Part shown: in pieces, positions 1-9,872 of the stretch
How positions within the stretch are numbered: the stretch's first letter is position 1
How the letters are laid out: every line of letters begins with the position of its first letter
Assembly (NCBI GenBank): GCA_963693055.1
Contig: OY843751.1
Span: forward strand, 3,936,001-4,000,000
Origin: a bacterium
GTDB taxonomy: Bacteria; Zhuqueibacterota; Zhuqueibacteria; Residuimicrobiales; Krinioviventaceae
Reading direction: 5' to 3'
Length of the DNA stretch: 64,000 nt
Translations under genes and position numbers: made by a program
The notes under the pieces: generated by a model
What the model was told of the DNA's origin: nothing
What the model saw: the letters and a program-made list of their open reading frames with translations, nothing else
Database searches by the model: none

Positions 1-2
1 TA

Positions 3-2033
3 CAGATACACACCATTATCACCAGTGTAGAAACCATAGATACTCTGAATCAGAAAATATTTGAACAAATACTGCCAACATTTCAGGACCCACGTTCCAT
101 GCTTGAAGACGCATTGAACAAATTCAAAGATATGGAACAAAATCCCAATGCTGAACTGAAAAAAGAGATTCTCACCGAAAACCGGTTGACAATCCGCACA
201 CTGCGTAGAGAAAAAATCCCCAAAATTGTGGATACTATGCAGCATGCACAAATCCTGAAAACCCTTGAGAATTATATTTCCCGCATACGATATAACGCAG
301 AAAAACTGCCTGAACGGCAAAGTATACTGGATGTGCGCGAGAAAAAAAGTGCCATGGTCCCACTGAAAGCCTTGATGATGGAAGAAGTCTTTCCGGGATT
401 GGCACAATCGCATACGCGTTTAATATCAGATATTCAGCAAAAAACAGACAAGATCGTTCGTGATATCTCTGAAGTTGATCAAATTGTGGAATTTAACTTT
501 ATTGCCGCGCTGGATGTGCTTGAGCAGGAACAAACGGGCAGCCAGGAATCCATCAAAGTTGTTATTGATGGCCTTACCCGGGCAAACAACCAGTTTTCCA
601 TGCTTTCCGAGCATTGTACAGAAATTAATCAAATCGCTCGTGAATGGCTTTTAAAATCTACATTTTCCTTTCAATCTCAGGTCCATGAACTGGAAAACAG
701 CGAAAAGATCAATGAACTACAAATTCGGGTTGCCAAAGCCCACACCCGCGACAAGTTCCGTCAATACAAAAACGATTTTTTCACCGGTATTAAAAAGCTG
801 CTGCCTGCAATTCTTTTGCTTATCAAGAATACCTTTCAGCGTATCAATACCAATTATCAGAATATTAAAAAGATAACAGGACTGGGTACCATTCAACCGG
901 ACAGTGAGCAGCGCATTACCCGTTTTCTGCACGATTCGCAAAAACAACTGGATAAAATGCCATATGTCTATCAGCGTTTGTTCAGACCCGCTCCGCTCGA
1001 TGATGAACGTTTTTTCGCCGGCAGAGACACCGAGCTTGAAAAGATCAAAGAAATCTTTGCAAACTGGAAAACCCATCCCTATTCCGCAACCGCAATTGTG
1101 GGTGAAAACGGCAGTGGCAGGACTACTCTATTATATTTTGCGGAATCGCAGGTCTTTCGGGGATACCCGGTAATGAAACTGGAATTAAACAAAACCATAA
1201 CCAAAACAGCAGACCTCTTTACCCGCCTGTCAGAAACGCTGACCCAGTATGACACAGAAAATCTGGATACACTGGAAACAGAGATCAACGGCTCTGAGAA
1301 TCGTCTTGTATGTATTGTTGAAAATGCACATAAATTGTTTTTACGCACGGTGAATGGATTTGAAGCGCTTGAACGCTTTATGTTATTTGTCTCGCGCACT
1401 CAGCAAAAGATATTCTGGGTTATCACATTTGGAATTTACAGTTGGAAATACCTAAACAAATCCATAGGTATATCCAGATATTTGGGGAATATTATTACAC
1501 TTTCAGATATGCCCTTGTCCCAGATCGAAGCGATCATTTTAAAAAGGCATCGGGTGAGTGGGTATCGCCTGCAATTTGAAGGTGAACCGGCATTGCTCGA
1601 ATCCAGAAGATACAAAAAACTGGCAACCGAAGAATTACAACAGGATTTTTTGAAAAACATTTATTTTGAACAACTCAATCGCCAATCTTTGGGCAACATA
1701 ACCGTAGCGCTGCTGCTCTGGCTTTTATCAATCCGTGAAATAAAAGAAGACAAACTGATAATCTCCCCCATTATCGAGTTTGATGTTTCATTCCTACAGC
1801 AGATTTCTCAGGATATTGTATTTACCTTTGCTGCATTTCTACAGCACCACATCCTGAATGAAGCTGAATATGCAGCCATCTTTCGCGCCAATATTCAAAC
1901 CAGCACCATGCAGCTTGAGAACCTCCGCAACAAGGGATTGTTGACCAAAGGGCCAAATGGATATCAGTTACACCACTTGATTTACAGGCCGGTTGTAAAA
2001 AACTTGAAAATGAATAACATATTGCAGGAATAA
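3..2033 (+). CDS. Large coiled-coil protein with C-terminal degenerate P-loop (AAA-like) domain; 5'-truncated by window edge
   Basis: Frame is open from base 3, upstream of the ORF-track ATG at 99; FAGR motif, Walker A-like GENGSGRTT, Walker B-like LVCIVENAH; 5 nt upstream of an MscS gene. Confidence 0.65.
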   Translation, partial: QIHTIITSVETIDTLNQKIFEQILPTFQDPRSMLEDALNKFKDMEQNPNAELKKEILTENRLTIRTLRREKIPKIVDTMQHAQILKTLENYISRIRYNAEKLPERQSILDVREKKSAMVPLKALMMEEVFPGLAQSHTRLISDIQQKTDKIVRDISEVDQIVEFNFIAALDVLEQEQTGSQESIKVVIDGLTRANNQFSMLSEHCTEINQIAREWLLKSTFSFQSQVHELENSEKINELQIRVAKAHTRDKFRQYKNDFFTGIKKLLPAILLLIKNTFQRINTNYQNIKKITGLGTIQPDSEQRITRFLHDSQKQLDKMPYVYQRLFRPAPLDDERFFAGRDTELEKIKEIFANWKTHPYSATAIVGENGSGRTTLLYFAESQVFRGYPVMKLELNKTITKTADLFTRLSETLTQYDTENLDTLETEINGSENRLVCIVENAHKLFLRTVNGFEALERFMLFVSRTQQKIFWVITFGIYSWKYLNKSIGISRYLGNIITLSDMPLSQIEAIILKRHRVSGYRLQFEGEPALLESRRYKKLATEELQQDFLKNIYFEQLNRQSLGNITVALLLWLLSIREIKEDKLIISPIIEFDVSFLQQISQDIVFTFAAFLQHHILNEAEYAAIFRANIQTSTMQLENLRNKGLLTKGPNGYQLHHLIYRPVVKNLKMNNILQE

Positions 2034-2038
2034 AAAAA

Positions 2039-2995
2039 GTGTCTCGTCATGTATTAACACTATTGATTTTTCTAATATCTGCAAGTGCATTCGCACAACC
2101 CCAGGCAGACGCCACGGTTCAGGATACTGTGAAAATCAAATCCCAGTTATCACAAGAGCAAGAAAATCTCACAACAGTCATACAGGAAACCCAACCGGAA
2201 TGGTCTATATCCGTTGGCAAGATTTTCTGGGCTTTGATTGTATTCCTGATTGGATTTATAATAATAAAATATTTAACGCGGCTACTGGAGTTGATGGGAG
2301 AACGCTGGAACCGTTTTCGATTGTCCATTATGGGCTTTATACCCATCATTCGGATTACCGGCTGGACATTTGTGGCCTATATCATCATTGCAGATATTTT
2401 TGCGCCTCCCATAGCCACATTGGTTGCACTGACAGCTTCCGCGGGTATTGCCATTGGCTTTGCATCACAGGATATTCTAAAAAATATATTCGGCGGAGTA
2501 ATGATTTTATTTGACCGGCCATTTCAGGTTGGCGATAAAATAGAAATCGGCAGTTATTACGGCGAAGTGATCAGCATCGGCCTTCGCACGGTACGTATTG
2601 TAACTCCGGACGATTCTCAGGTTGCCATCCCCAACAGTGAGATTGTAAATCAATCGGTTTCCAACGCAAACGTGGGAGAATCCAACTGTCAGGTAGTTGC
2701 AGAGTTTTATCTGCCTGCAAACATTGATATTGCCCGGGTCAAAAAAATTGCATATCGTGCCGCAGTGGTTTCAAGATATATTTATCTCAACAAGCCTGTT
2801 GCTGTTATTTTCAAAAACGAGATCCATGAAGGGCGTTCCATGCTGAAAATGCGTCTCAAAGCCTATGTGCTGGATATCCGTTACGAATTCCCCTTTGCCA
2901 GTGAAATGACAGAAATTGTTATTGACGAATTGTTAAAACAGAAACTTTTGACTGTAGAAGATTTGAGCTTTTCACATTATCGTAATATGAATTAA
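2039..2995 (+). CDS. MscS-family small-conductance mechanosensitive channel
   Basis: Signal peptide, TM helices, GIAIGFASQDILKNIFGG and DRPFQVGDKIEIG...IGLRTVRI...IPNS motifs. Confidence 0.92.
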   Translation: MSRHVLTLLIFLISASAFAQPQADATVQDTVKIKSQLSQEQENLTTVIQETQPEWSISVGKIFWALIVFLIGFIIIKYLTRLLELMGERWNRFRLSIMGFIPIIRITGWTFVAYIIIADIFAPPIATLVALTASAGIAIGFASQDILKNIFGGVMILFDRPFQVGDKIEIGSYYGEVISIGLRTVRIVTPDDSQVAIPNSEIVNQSVSNANVGESNCQVVAEFYLPANIDIARVKKIAYRAAVVSRYIYLNKPVAVIFKNEIHEGRSMLKMRLKAYVLDIRYEFPFASEMTEIVIDELLKQKLLTVEDLSFSHYRNMN

Positions 2996-3118
2996 AACAA
3001 AATAAAAGAACTGACGTAACTCTTTATAAACAGTCCCCGCACACTATTTGACAATTTCTTTATTTGACTATTTTGTTACAATTTTTGAGTTTCTAAATCA
3101 CATAAAAACTTTAGAAAT

Positions 3119-3345
3119 ATGTTTCATCGAATAAATATTCTTTTAAAACAGCCGTATCCCTTTGATACCAGACCCAAAGTAATTTTCAACCACTCTTAAA
3201 GCATTGGATTTGTTTATCTTTTAATTATTGTTTATTTTTCAACCCTTTGAACTGCAACCCATAAACGAATCGCTCTATGCCAAAACACTGGTATATTTTG
3301 GAGATGGTATAATCAGCTTTGTCTCCTTTTTTATTTCTTGTTTGT
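3119..3345 (+). pseudogene. Decayed N-terminus of a membrane-anchored LytTR-type regulator
   Basis: MFHRINILLKQPYPFDT..., then in-frame TAA, then frameshift to LFIFQPFEL...FGDGIISF; resembles the 'QPYPF...FLFIFQPFG' N-terminus of FCB membrane LytTR proteins from memory. Confidence 0.4.
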
Positions 3346-3412
3346 ATATTTACGAATTCCTATCTTTTGAAAAACGATACCCTAATCTCTACATCATTCT
3401 CCGGAGGAAAAC

Positions 3413-4870
3413 ATGTTGAGGGGATTCTCAAGAATCACACTTTTAATTATCCTAACAGTATTATTTGTACAACCTGCTCGTCTCAAATCTGCGGATAAAT
3501 CAGATTACCTTCAATATGTCCAATCCTATGCAATTGCCATGATCGAAAAAGGACGCGATGTGTATGGTGCAGAGCATTCCCCCCTCTTTGCCGCTGCTCT
3601 GGATCGGTCAACCATGCGTATTGGTGAATTCCCCGCCATTGAGGGCATTCGTGCAGGAGACCGCACACAAACCGGCGCCAACCCCTATCATGATATGGCA
3701 TTGTACTCGATACTCTATGGACTGTCAGAAATAACAGGTAATAAACTGTATAGTGCTGAAGCAGACAAGGCCCTCAATTTTTTCATTACCCACTGTTCAA
3801 GTCCTGAAACCCATCTTTTCACCTGGGGCGAACATTTGTTTTGGGATTTTAATACAGAAACGCAAGGCAATTCCTTTGACAAGCACGAGATTAATGGCCC
3901 CTGGCCATTCTGGGACCAGTGCTATACATTTAATCCGGTAGCCTGTAAACAGTTTGCATTGGGATTGTGGCAGCATCAGGTCGCGGACCACGAAACCGGG
4001 GATTTTAGCAGACATGCCCGCTGGTCATCACACGGACCGAACAAGGGCTCGGACTTTCCCCGTTACGCGGGACAAATGATCGAGATTTGGGCGGACGCAT
4101 ATTCACGTCCCGGTATCACAGAACAGGATAAAGCAGAGCTGGTACGCGCAATTACCTGTATTGTAAATCGCATGGAAGAAAATTCAAAATCCACTGCAAC
4201 CGGGTATCTGCCAGCGCTGCGGGGAGCGGATTATGCCTGGCCTTCAAGCAACCTTGAACTGGCGCGATGTTTATGGGGTGCCGCGGGCAATATGGGGCCT
4301 GAACTTGCTGAACGGATGAAAACGCTTGCAACCCAACAGGATACGGATTTTCTACGCGCTCCACACAAGGTGCTTTCAGGTGGTGGATTTGCCGCTACTC
4401 TGCATACCGAAACCGGAGAACCCCGGGACCGCTCCATGAACAAGCCTTATACTGCGCTGTGGGCTTCCGGCTATGGATATGGTACACATGCCGCCATGGC
4501 TAACCGAAGTTATCAACGTTATTTGCAATTGCAAAAGGCAGAACCGGAAAAAGCCGGTCAATATCATCAACTCATCATTGCCGCTGCAGACCAATACCTG
4601 CATGCGGAACCCGATACTACTAGTGGCGTCAAACCCGATGCAGTTTCAGATATCATTAACCTGATGTTAAATACATACGAAATGACAGATGACAAAATAT
4701 ATCTGGATCGTGCTAATGAATTCGCGCAATGGGGAATATCTCTCTTTCTGGATAACGGATTACCGCTTCCCAAAGCCAGCAGCCGGCATACCCATTACGA
4801 AGCCCTCACCGGCGGCCCGGATTTCATGTATGCGTTATTAAGAATCTATGATCAAAATTCAAATAAATAA
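3413..4870 (+). CDS. Secreted hypothetical protein, probable (alpha/alpha)-barrel polysaccharide lyase/hydrolase-like
   Basis: GGAGG RBS, signal peptide, Trp/His-rich helical repeats (WGEHLFWD, FSRHA, YLDRANEFA). Confidence 0.55.
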   Translation: MLRGFSRITLLIILTVLFVQPARLKSADKSDYLQYVQSYAIAMIEKGRDVYGAEHSPLFAAALDRSTMRIGEFPAIEGIRAGDRTQTGANPYHDMALYSILYGLSEITGNKLYSAEADKALNFFITHCSSPETHLFTWGEHLFWDFNTETQGNSFDKHEINGPWPFWDQCYTFNPVACKQFALGLWQHQVADHETGDFSRHARWSSHGPNKGSDFPRYAGQMIEIWADAYSRPGITEQDKAELVRAITCIVNRMEENSKSTATGYLPALRGADYAWPSSNLELARCLWGAAGNMGPELAERMKTLATQQDTDFLRAPHKVLSGGGFAATLHTETGEPRDRSMNKPYTALWASGYGYGTHAAMANRSYQRYLQLQKAEPEKAGQYHQLIIAAADQYLHAEPDTTSGVKPDAVSDIINLMLNTYEMTDDKIYLDRANEFAQWGISLFLDNGLPLPKASSRHTHYEALTGGPDFMYALLRIYDQNSNK

Positions 4871-5087
4871 AAAATATCTTGTAAAAAAGAGCAGGTATCC
4901 AATCCTTTTGTTGCAATCCCCCTTGTTAAATACGGATTCAGATTTCTGATAATAAATTAACGTATTAAAACAAAAATCAAAAAGCTTGAATAATTCTATA
5001 AATTTTAGTAATATATCAAGATATACCTGAATTAAATCTTTTCTATTATTCGTAAAATTCAAAAATCTAAAATTTTAAACCATAATT

Positions 5088-6527
5088 ATGCTATTTAATT
5101 CTTTTCAATTTCTTATATTTTTTCCAATTTCGGTAGCGCTCTATTTTAGCACTCCTGCCAAATATCGGTGGACAATTTTACTGGCAGCCAGCTATTATTT
5201 TTACATGTCCTGGCGTCCTGAATATGCAATACTCATCCTTGGCTCAACGATCATAGACTATTTTGCAGCCCTCAAGATGAGCAAATACCAAGATAAAAAA
5301 AAACGTACACCTATTCTGTTATTCAGCCTGTTCACCAACCTGGGATTGTTGTTTACATTTAAATATTTTAATTTTTTTAGTGAATCATTTTATCATATTT
5401 TGAAGCAATTCAGCCATAGTGCAACTCCTTTTGAACTCAATGTGCTGCTACCGGTTGGCATTTCCTTTTATACATTTCAAACGCTGAGCTATACCATTGA
5501 TGTCTATCGGGGCGACCGTGAGCCTGAACGACATTTTGGAATATTTGCGGTATATGTATCATTCTTTCCCCAGCTGGTTGCCGGGCCCATTGAACGCTCT
5601 ACAACACTATTACCCCAGTTTCACAAAACGTTTGAACCCAATTACAATAACATGAAATACGGTTTACAGCTTGCTGCGTGGGGTATGTTTAAAAAGGTTG
5701 CCATTGCCGATCAATTGGCGCTGTATGTAAACCGGGTTTATTCCAATCCAACGGGCTATACCGGCTTTGATATATTGCTTGCAACCTACTTTTTTGCTTT
5801 TCAAATCTATTGCGACTTTTCAGGATATTCGGATATTGCAATTGGTGTTGCTCGTGTTTTTGGTTACAAGTTTATGAAGAATTTTGATCGGCCCTATTTC
5901 TCACAATCTATTCATGAATTCTGGAAACGCTGGCATATTTCGCTTTCCAGTTGGTTTCGGGACTATTTGTATATACCGCTGGGAGGTAACCGGGTTTCAA
6001 AAAGCAGGCTGCATTTCAATCTTTTGGCTGTTTTCCTCACAAGTGGGTTGTGGCATGGTGCCAACTGGACTTTTGTAGTTTGGGGTGGCTTACATGGACT
6101 ATTTTTGATCTTTGAAAGATGGAGCCACAAAGCCAGGGAAAAACTTTATACAATTAGCGGAATTGGCAAACATACACCCATACAAAAATTTATAAATATC
6201 ATTATCACTTTTCACCTGGTCTTGTTTTCATGGGTATTCTTTAGAGCACAATCCCTTCAAAAGGTTTTTCTATATTTCAAAGAAATTGCAAAATCATTTA
6301 TTTATTTTGATCCAAACAAAATATTTAAAGATCCAATAAATCCATTATATTTTCTTGTGATCATTTTACTTATTATGGTAGAGATTTTACAAAGCCGGTA
6401 CAAACTGCGTGAAACCATTGCAAAGTTTCCAACCTGGCTTCGTTGGTCAATCTATTTTATTGGATTATTTTCAATTTATTATCTGGGGGAATTTAACGAA
6501 CAGGAATTTATCTATTTTCAATTTTAA
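5088..6527 (+). CDS. MBOAT family O-acyltransferase (AlgI/DltB-like), copy 1
   Basis: MLFNS start, LPVGISFYTFQ, FPQLVAGPIER, DFSGYSD, FWKRWHISLS, GLWHGANW, FIYFQF end. Confidence 0.95.
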   Translation: MLFNSFQFLIFFPISVALYFSTPAKYRWTILLAASYYFYMSWRPEYAILILGSTIIDYFAALKMSKYQDKKKRTPILLFSLFTNLGLLFTFKYFNFFSESFYHILKQFSHSATPFELNVLLPVGISFYTFQTLSYTIDVYRGDREPERHFGIFAVYVSFFPQLVAGPIERSTTLLPQFHKTFEPNYNNMKYGLQLAAWGMFKKVAIADQLALYVNRVYSNPTGYTGFDILLATYFFAFQIYCDFSGYSDIAIGVARVFGYKFMKNFDRPYFSQSIHEFWKRWHISLSSWFRDYLYIPLGGNRVSKSRLHFNLLAVFLTSGLWHGANWTFVVWGGLHGLFLIFERWSHKAREKLYTISGIGKHTPIQKFINIIITFHLVLFSWVFFRAQSLQKVFLYFKEIAKSFIYFDPNKIFKDPINPLYFLVIILLIMVEILQSRYKLRETIAKFPTWLRWSIYFIGLFSIYYLGEFNEQEFIYFQF

Positions 6528-6544
6528 TTTTGAAATTTTAAATT

Positions 6545-7600
6545 ATGAAAAAAATAATAATTAAAATATGCTTTTTCATCCCCCTGCTAGTGTTCATAAT
6601 TACACCGATTGTATGGGTTGATCCCTTACATCTGTTTGGCCGTACTCATGGATTGAACACAGAGTATTTCTATAACCAGAGATTGATTAAAACCAATATA
6701 CTTCGGTATGAAACTCCGGATTATAACTCTATTATTATAGGCAGCAGTCGTATCCGATACATGTCAGATCTTGAAATTGGTAAATATAAAATTTTAAATT
6801 TGGGCATGGATGGCCTCAAACTTGTCGACTTTCCAGGATTTATAGACCTTGCCAATGAAAGAGTGCCGGATTCTCTCGAATGTATTATTGTTGCCATGGA
6901 TATGTTTGGAACAAGAAAACCCGATTCCACTCGCACCTATTGGGGATCAACCGATGAATATTTGAGAAATTCTCAAGACATTTCTTATCTTTTACAAATC
7001 ATGATGGGCCCAAACAGCTTTAAATACAGTACCAAATCTATTGCAAATTATATTCTTCACGGAAAAAGTGCAGCTACGTCATGGAAAAAATTGAATTTAC
7101 CTGTTCCACCGTCCAAATCAGTACATGCAAGGCGTATAAGAAACGCATTCTCAACCTGGGAATTTGATGAAAACAGCTTGACAGCGCTTGAATACATTAA
7201 AACCACTTTTAAAAATCAACGGTTAATTTTCATTGTGAATCCGGTATCCGTGGAACTGTTTAAACTCATTGATGACCAAAATCGAACATCCGATTTCCTG
7301 ATCTGGTTACACACACTTGCTCAAACACTGGATGGTTATTACAATTTCATGGATATTACTCCATTAACGAGTACTCCACAAAATTGGCGCGATGTTAATC
7401 ACGCTCATCCTGATACGATGAAACTCCAAATCGAGTCTATTGTATTAAATAAAACCGACAATCCCAATTTCACATTTATCACCAGCGAAAATGCGGATAG
7501 TTTAATTAGCTGCATCGGAAACAGATTAAAAGAATATAATTTCCCACAATATAGAATAAATTATGAAAATGATAAACCCTGCCCACTCATAAAAAAGTAA
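6545..7600 (+). CDS. Membrane-anchored SGNH-like acyl-transfer partner (DltD/AlgJ-like), copy 1
   Basis: N-terminal TM with VDP motif, IIIGSSR block, C-terminal DxxH (DVNH); follows MBOAT. Confidence 0.7.
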   Translation: MKKIIIKICFFIPLLVFIITPIVWVDPLHLFGRTHGLNTEYFYNQRLIKTNILRYETPDYNSIIIGSSRIRYMSDLEIGKYKILNLGMDGLKLVDFPGFIDLANERVPDSLECIIVAMDMFGTRKPDSTRTYWGSTDEYLRNSQDISYLLQIMMGPNSFKYSTKSIANYILHGKSAATSWKKLNLPVPPSKSVHARRIRNAFSTWEFDENSLTALEYIKTTFKNQRLIFIVNPVSVELFKLIDDQNRTSDFLIWLHTLAQTLDGYYNFMDITPLTSTPQNWRDVNHAHPDTMKLQIESIVLNKTDNPNFTFITSENADSLISCIGNRLKEYNFPQYRINYENDKPCPLIKK

Positions 7601-7828
7601 CTGCCATAGACAGGGATAATCAGGGAGATCCCTAATCCCATACAAGATTTTCAGTTTAAAACGATCACCAGGTTGCACGGATAGAATATCAATACCCCCC
7701 CCCAAATAGTTAACCTGCCAGTTGCAAAGCATTTCTCCTCATCGATGGAATCAAACCTATATTATAGATATTATTAAAAGATGATTTTTTTTGTAGAAAG
7801 GTAAGTCTTGAAATGGGATCATATTCCA

Positions 7829-8161
7829 TTATTCGTGGTCGATATCCGGTTTCCAGCCATATTTCTGCATGTCAATTTGTCCACGTGCATTGATCTCTAT
7901 GCCTTCACTCTCGAGCAGATTCTTTTGAATTTCTCCGGAAGCACACATATCCCCCAGACTGATTTGTCCTTTCGAGTTGATTACCCGGTGCCAGGGAATA
8001 TCCATTTCTTTCGGTGTACTGCTTAGCGCCCAACCCACCGTACGCGCTGCACGTGGATTGCCCAGCATGGCAGCGATCTGTCCATATGACGCAACTTTGC
8101 CGTAAGGAATTCGCGCCACCAACGCCCATACCTTTTCAAAAAATCCGGTTGACATACTCAT
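7829..8161 (-). CDS. atl: Alkyltransferase-like protein (ATL/YbaZ, MGMT DNA-binding family)
   Basis: IPYGKVASYGQIA, ARTVGWAL, PWHRV (Trp in place of catalytic Cys); ATGA overlap with upstream activator gene. Confidence 0.9.
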   Translation of the reverse strand: MSMSTGFFEKVWALVARIPYGKVASYGQIAAMLGNPRAARTVGWALSSTPKEMDIPWHRVINSKGQISLGDMCASGEIQKNLLESEGIEINARGQIDMQKYGWKPDIDHE

Positions 8162-9666
8162 CCTTTAAATTCTTTTGCTGTTATACCCAGTTTTTTCATG
8201 CGGCTTTGCAGTGTGGTAGGTTTCAAATCAAGAAGTTCAGCAGTTCCTCCGTCTCCATAGATACGTCCATTACAATGGCGCAGTGCTTTGAGTATGTGAC
8301 TGCGGGTAGCCTGCTCCAGAGTAGCAATATCGATTTCTGAATCTGCAAATTCTCGCACTTTATCTCCACGGTCGTCCGGACCAAAATGCTCAACATCAAT
8401 CACATCTCCTCTGGCAACTATGGCTGCACGTTCAAGGGCATTTTGCAACTCGCGAACATTGCCGGGCCAGGTGTATCCGCGTAAATATTCCACTGCACTA
8501 ACCGTTAACCGCAATTGACGTTCAAATTTAGAGGACAATCGCTGTAAAAAATAATTTGCCAAAAGGATCACATCATCATCCCTGTCCCGTAATGCCGGCA
8601 ATGTAATGGGAAACACATTGAGACGGTAATACAAATCCTCGCGAAAGCGTCCTTCTTTAATGGCCTGGTCGAGTTTGACATTAGTTGCACAAATGATACG
8701 CACATCCGCGGACAAGGTCTTTTCTCCACCAACACGCTCAAAGGTTTGCTCTTGCAACGCGCGTAATAGTTTGGGCTGGATCTCCATGGGCAGATCGCCA
8801 ATCTCATCTAAAAACAGAGTGCCTGTATTCGCCAGTTCAAAACGTCCTTTGCGCATGGAAACTGCACCGGTAAAAGCACCGCGTTCATGCCCAAACAGCT
8901 CACTCTCTACGAGTCCGCTTGCCAGCGCTGAACAGTTGAGCGCTACAAAGGGTCTGCCTGAGCGTGGGGACAATGCATGTACTGCCTTGGCAACCTGTTC
9001 TTTGCCAGTTCCTGTCTCGCCGGTTATGAATACCGGCGTATCCGTAGAGGCAACCACCTGTACCTGCTCCAAGACATTTATCCAGGTTCGCGAATGACCA
9101 ATCAGATCCTCCAGCGCGCGCGGTAAATCTTTGAGCAGTGTATTGCGCTCAAGCACCAGGGCATCACGCTCGGTCAGTAACGAATCCGCAGCAAGAGATT
9201 GGGCCAGCGCCAGGGCAATCAAGCGGGAAAGGATCTCAGTCAACTGAACTACCGAAGGCGTAAACATGTCGCAGGCACGATGATCAAGAGTTAGAACACC
9301 CAGGGTATTGCCCTCAACATGCAGAGGTGCAACCAGGCACGAATGCCCATCCGGTAGTTCAAGTATGTCCTCATATGTGTCCAGATGTACCTCTCCGTCA
9401 TCAGGATGGTCTTCAAACAAATGCACCCTGCCTCGTTCAATGATTTCGGCAATTTCTTGGTGCTTGTCCAGCGATAGACGATAATCTCTGAGTTTGGGGG
9501 TATTTAAGGGCCCCTGTGCCTTGCGGACACGTAAAAGTTTGTCCGATTCCAGACTCAGCACAACCGCAAGTTCGTAATTCACTACCTCGCTCAAAGCTTC
9601 AAGTACAATTTCCATCGTCCGCTCAGGACTTAATAAAGGTGTCAGAGTAGAACTGAACTCCTGCAT
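8158..9666 (-). CDS. Sigma54-dependent activator, GAF-AAA+-HTH (NorR-like)
   Basis: GAF domain, GETGTGKE, ESELFGHERGAFTGA, FLDEIGD, WPGNVRELQN, C-terminal Fis-like HTH; ATG at 9666 has GAGG RBS. Confidence 0.93.
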   Translation of the reverse strand: MQEFSSTLTPLLSPERTMEIVLEALSEVVNYELAVVLSLESDKLLRVRKAQGPLNTPKLRDYRLSLDKHQEIAEIIERGRVHLFEDHPDDGEVHLDTYEDILELPDGHSCLVAPLHVEGNTLGVLTLDHRACDMFTPSVVQLTEILSRLIALALAQSLAADSLLTERDALVLERNTLLKDLPRALEDLIGHSRTWINVLEQVQVVASTDTPVFITGETGTGKEQVAKAVHALSPRSGRPFVALNCSALASGLVESELFGHERGAFTGAVSMRKGRFELANTGTLFLDEIGDLPMEIQPKLLRALQEQTFERVGGEKTLSADVRIICATNVKLDQAIKEGRFREDLYYRLNVFPITLPALRDRDDDVILLANYFLQRLSSKFERQLRLTVSAVEYLRGYTWPGNVRELQNALERAAIVARGDVIDVEHFGPDDRGDKVREFADSEIDIATLEQATRSHILKALRHCNGRIYGDGGTAELLDLKPTTLQSRMKKLGITAKEFKG

Positions 9667-9681
9667 GGTGACCTCAATCAA

Positions 9682-9713
9682 CAACGATATTTAGTTGCAA
9701 CGATATTTAGTTG
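9682..9713. promoter_or_regulatory. Tandem 16-bp repeat (CAACGATATTTAGTTG x2), candidate enhancer-binding-protein UAS
   Basis: Exact direct repeat 9682-9697 and 9698-9713, each an imperfect palindrome CAAC-N8-GTTG, ~100 bp upstream of a sigma54 promoter. Confidence 0.6.
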
Positions 9714-9808
9714 TATATTATAACGCAATATCGGTATTTTTTGTTCCGCAAAATATTATCAGCAGCGCAAATCCAATAAAATCAATATATTAAAAGCATA
9801 GAAAATTC

Positions 9809-9824
9809 TGGCACAATCCTTGAA
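9809..9824 (+). promoter_or_regulatory. Sigma54 -24/-12 promoter for dps
   Basis: TGGCAC-AATCC-TTGAA versus consensus TGGCAC-N5-TTGC(A/T); adjacent divergent sigma54 activator. Confidence 0.75.
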
Positions 9825-9872
9825 TATAAAGATAGTAAATTAACAATAATTGATATGAAAAAGGAGAAAAAA

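Noticed and set aside
3228-3419. 63-aa ORF as a real gene
   Set aside because: Better explained as a frameshifted piece of the pseudogene at 3119
7600-7830. C9 run and short ORF 7526-7732 as phase-variable gene
   Set aside because: No convincing coding context or recognisable product
9682-9713. Direct repeat as CRISPR remnant
   Set aside because: Only two abutting 16-mers, no spacer, no cas genes
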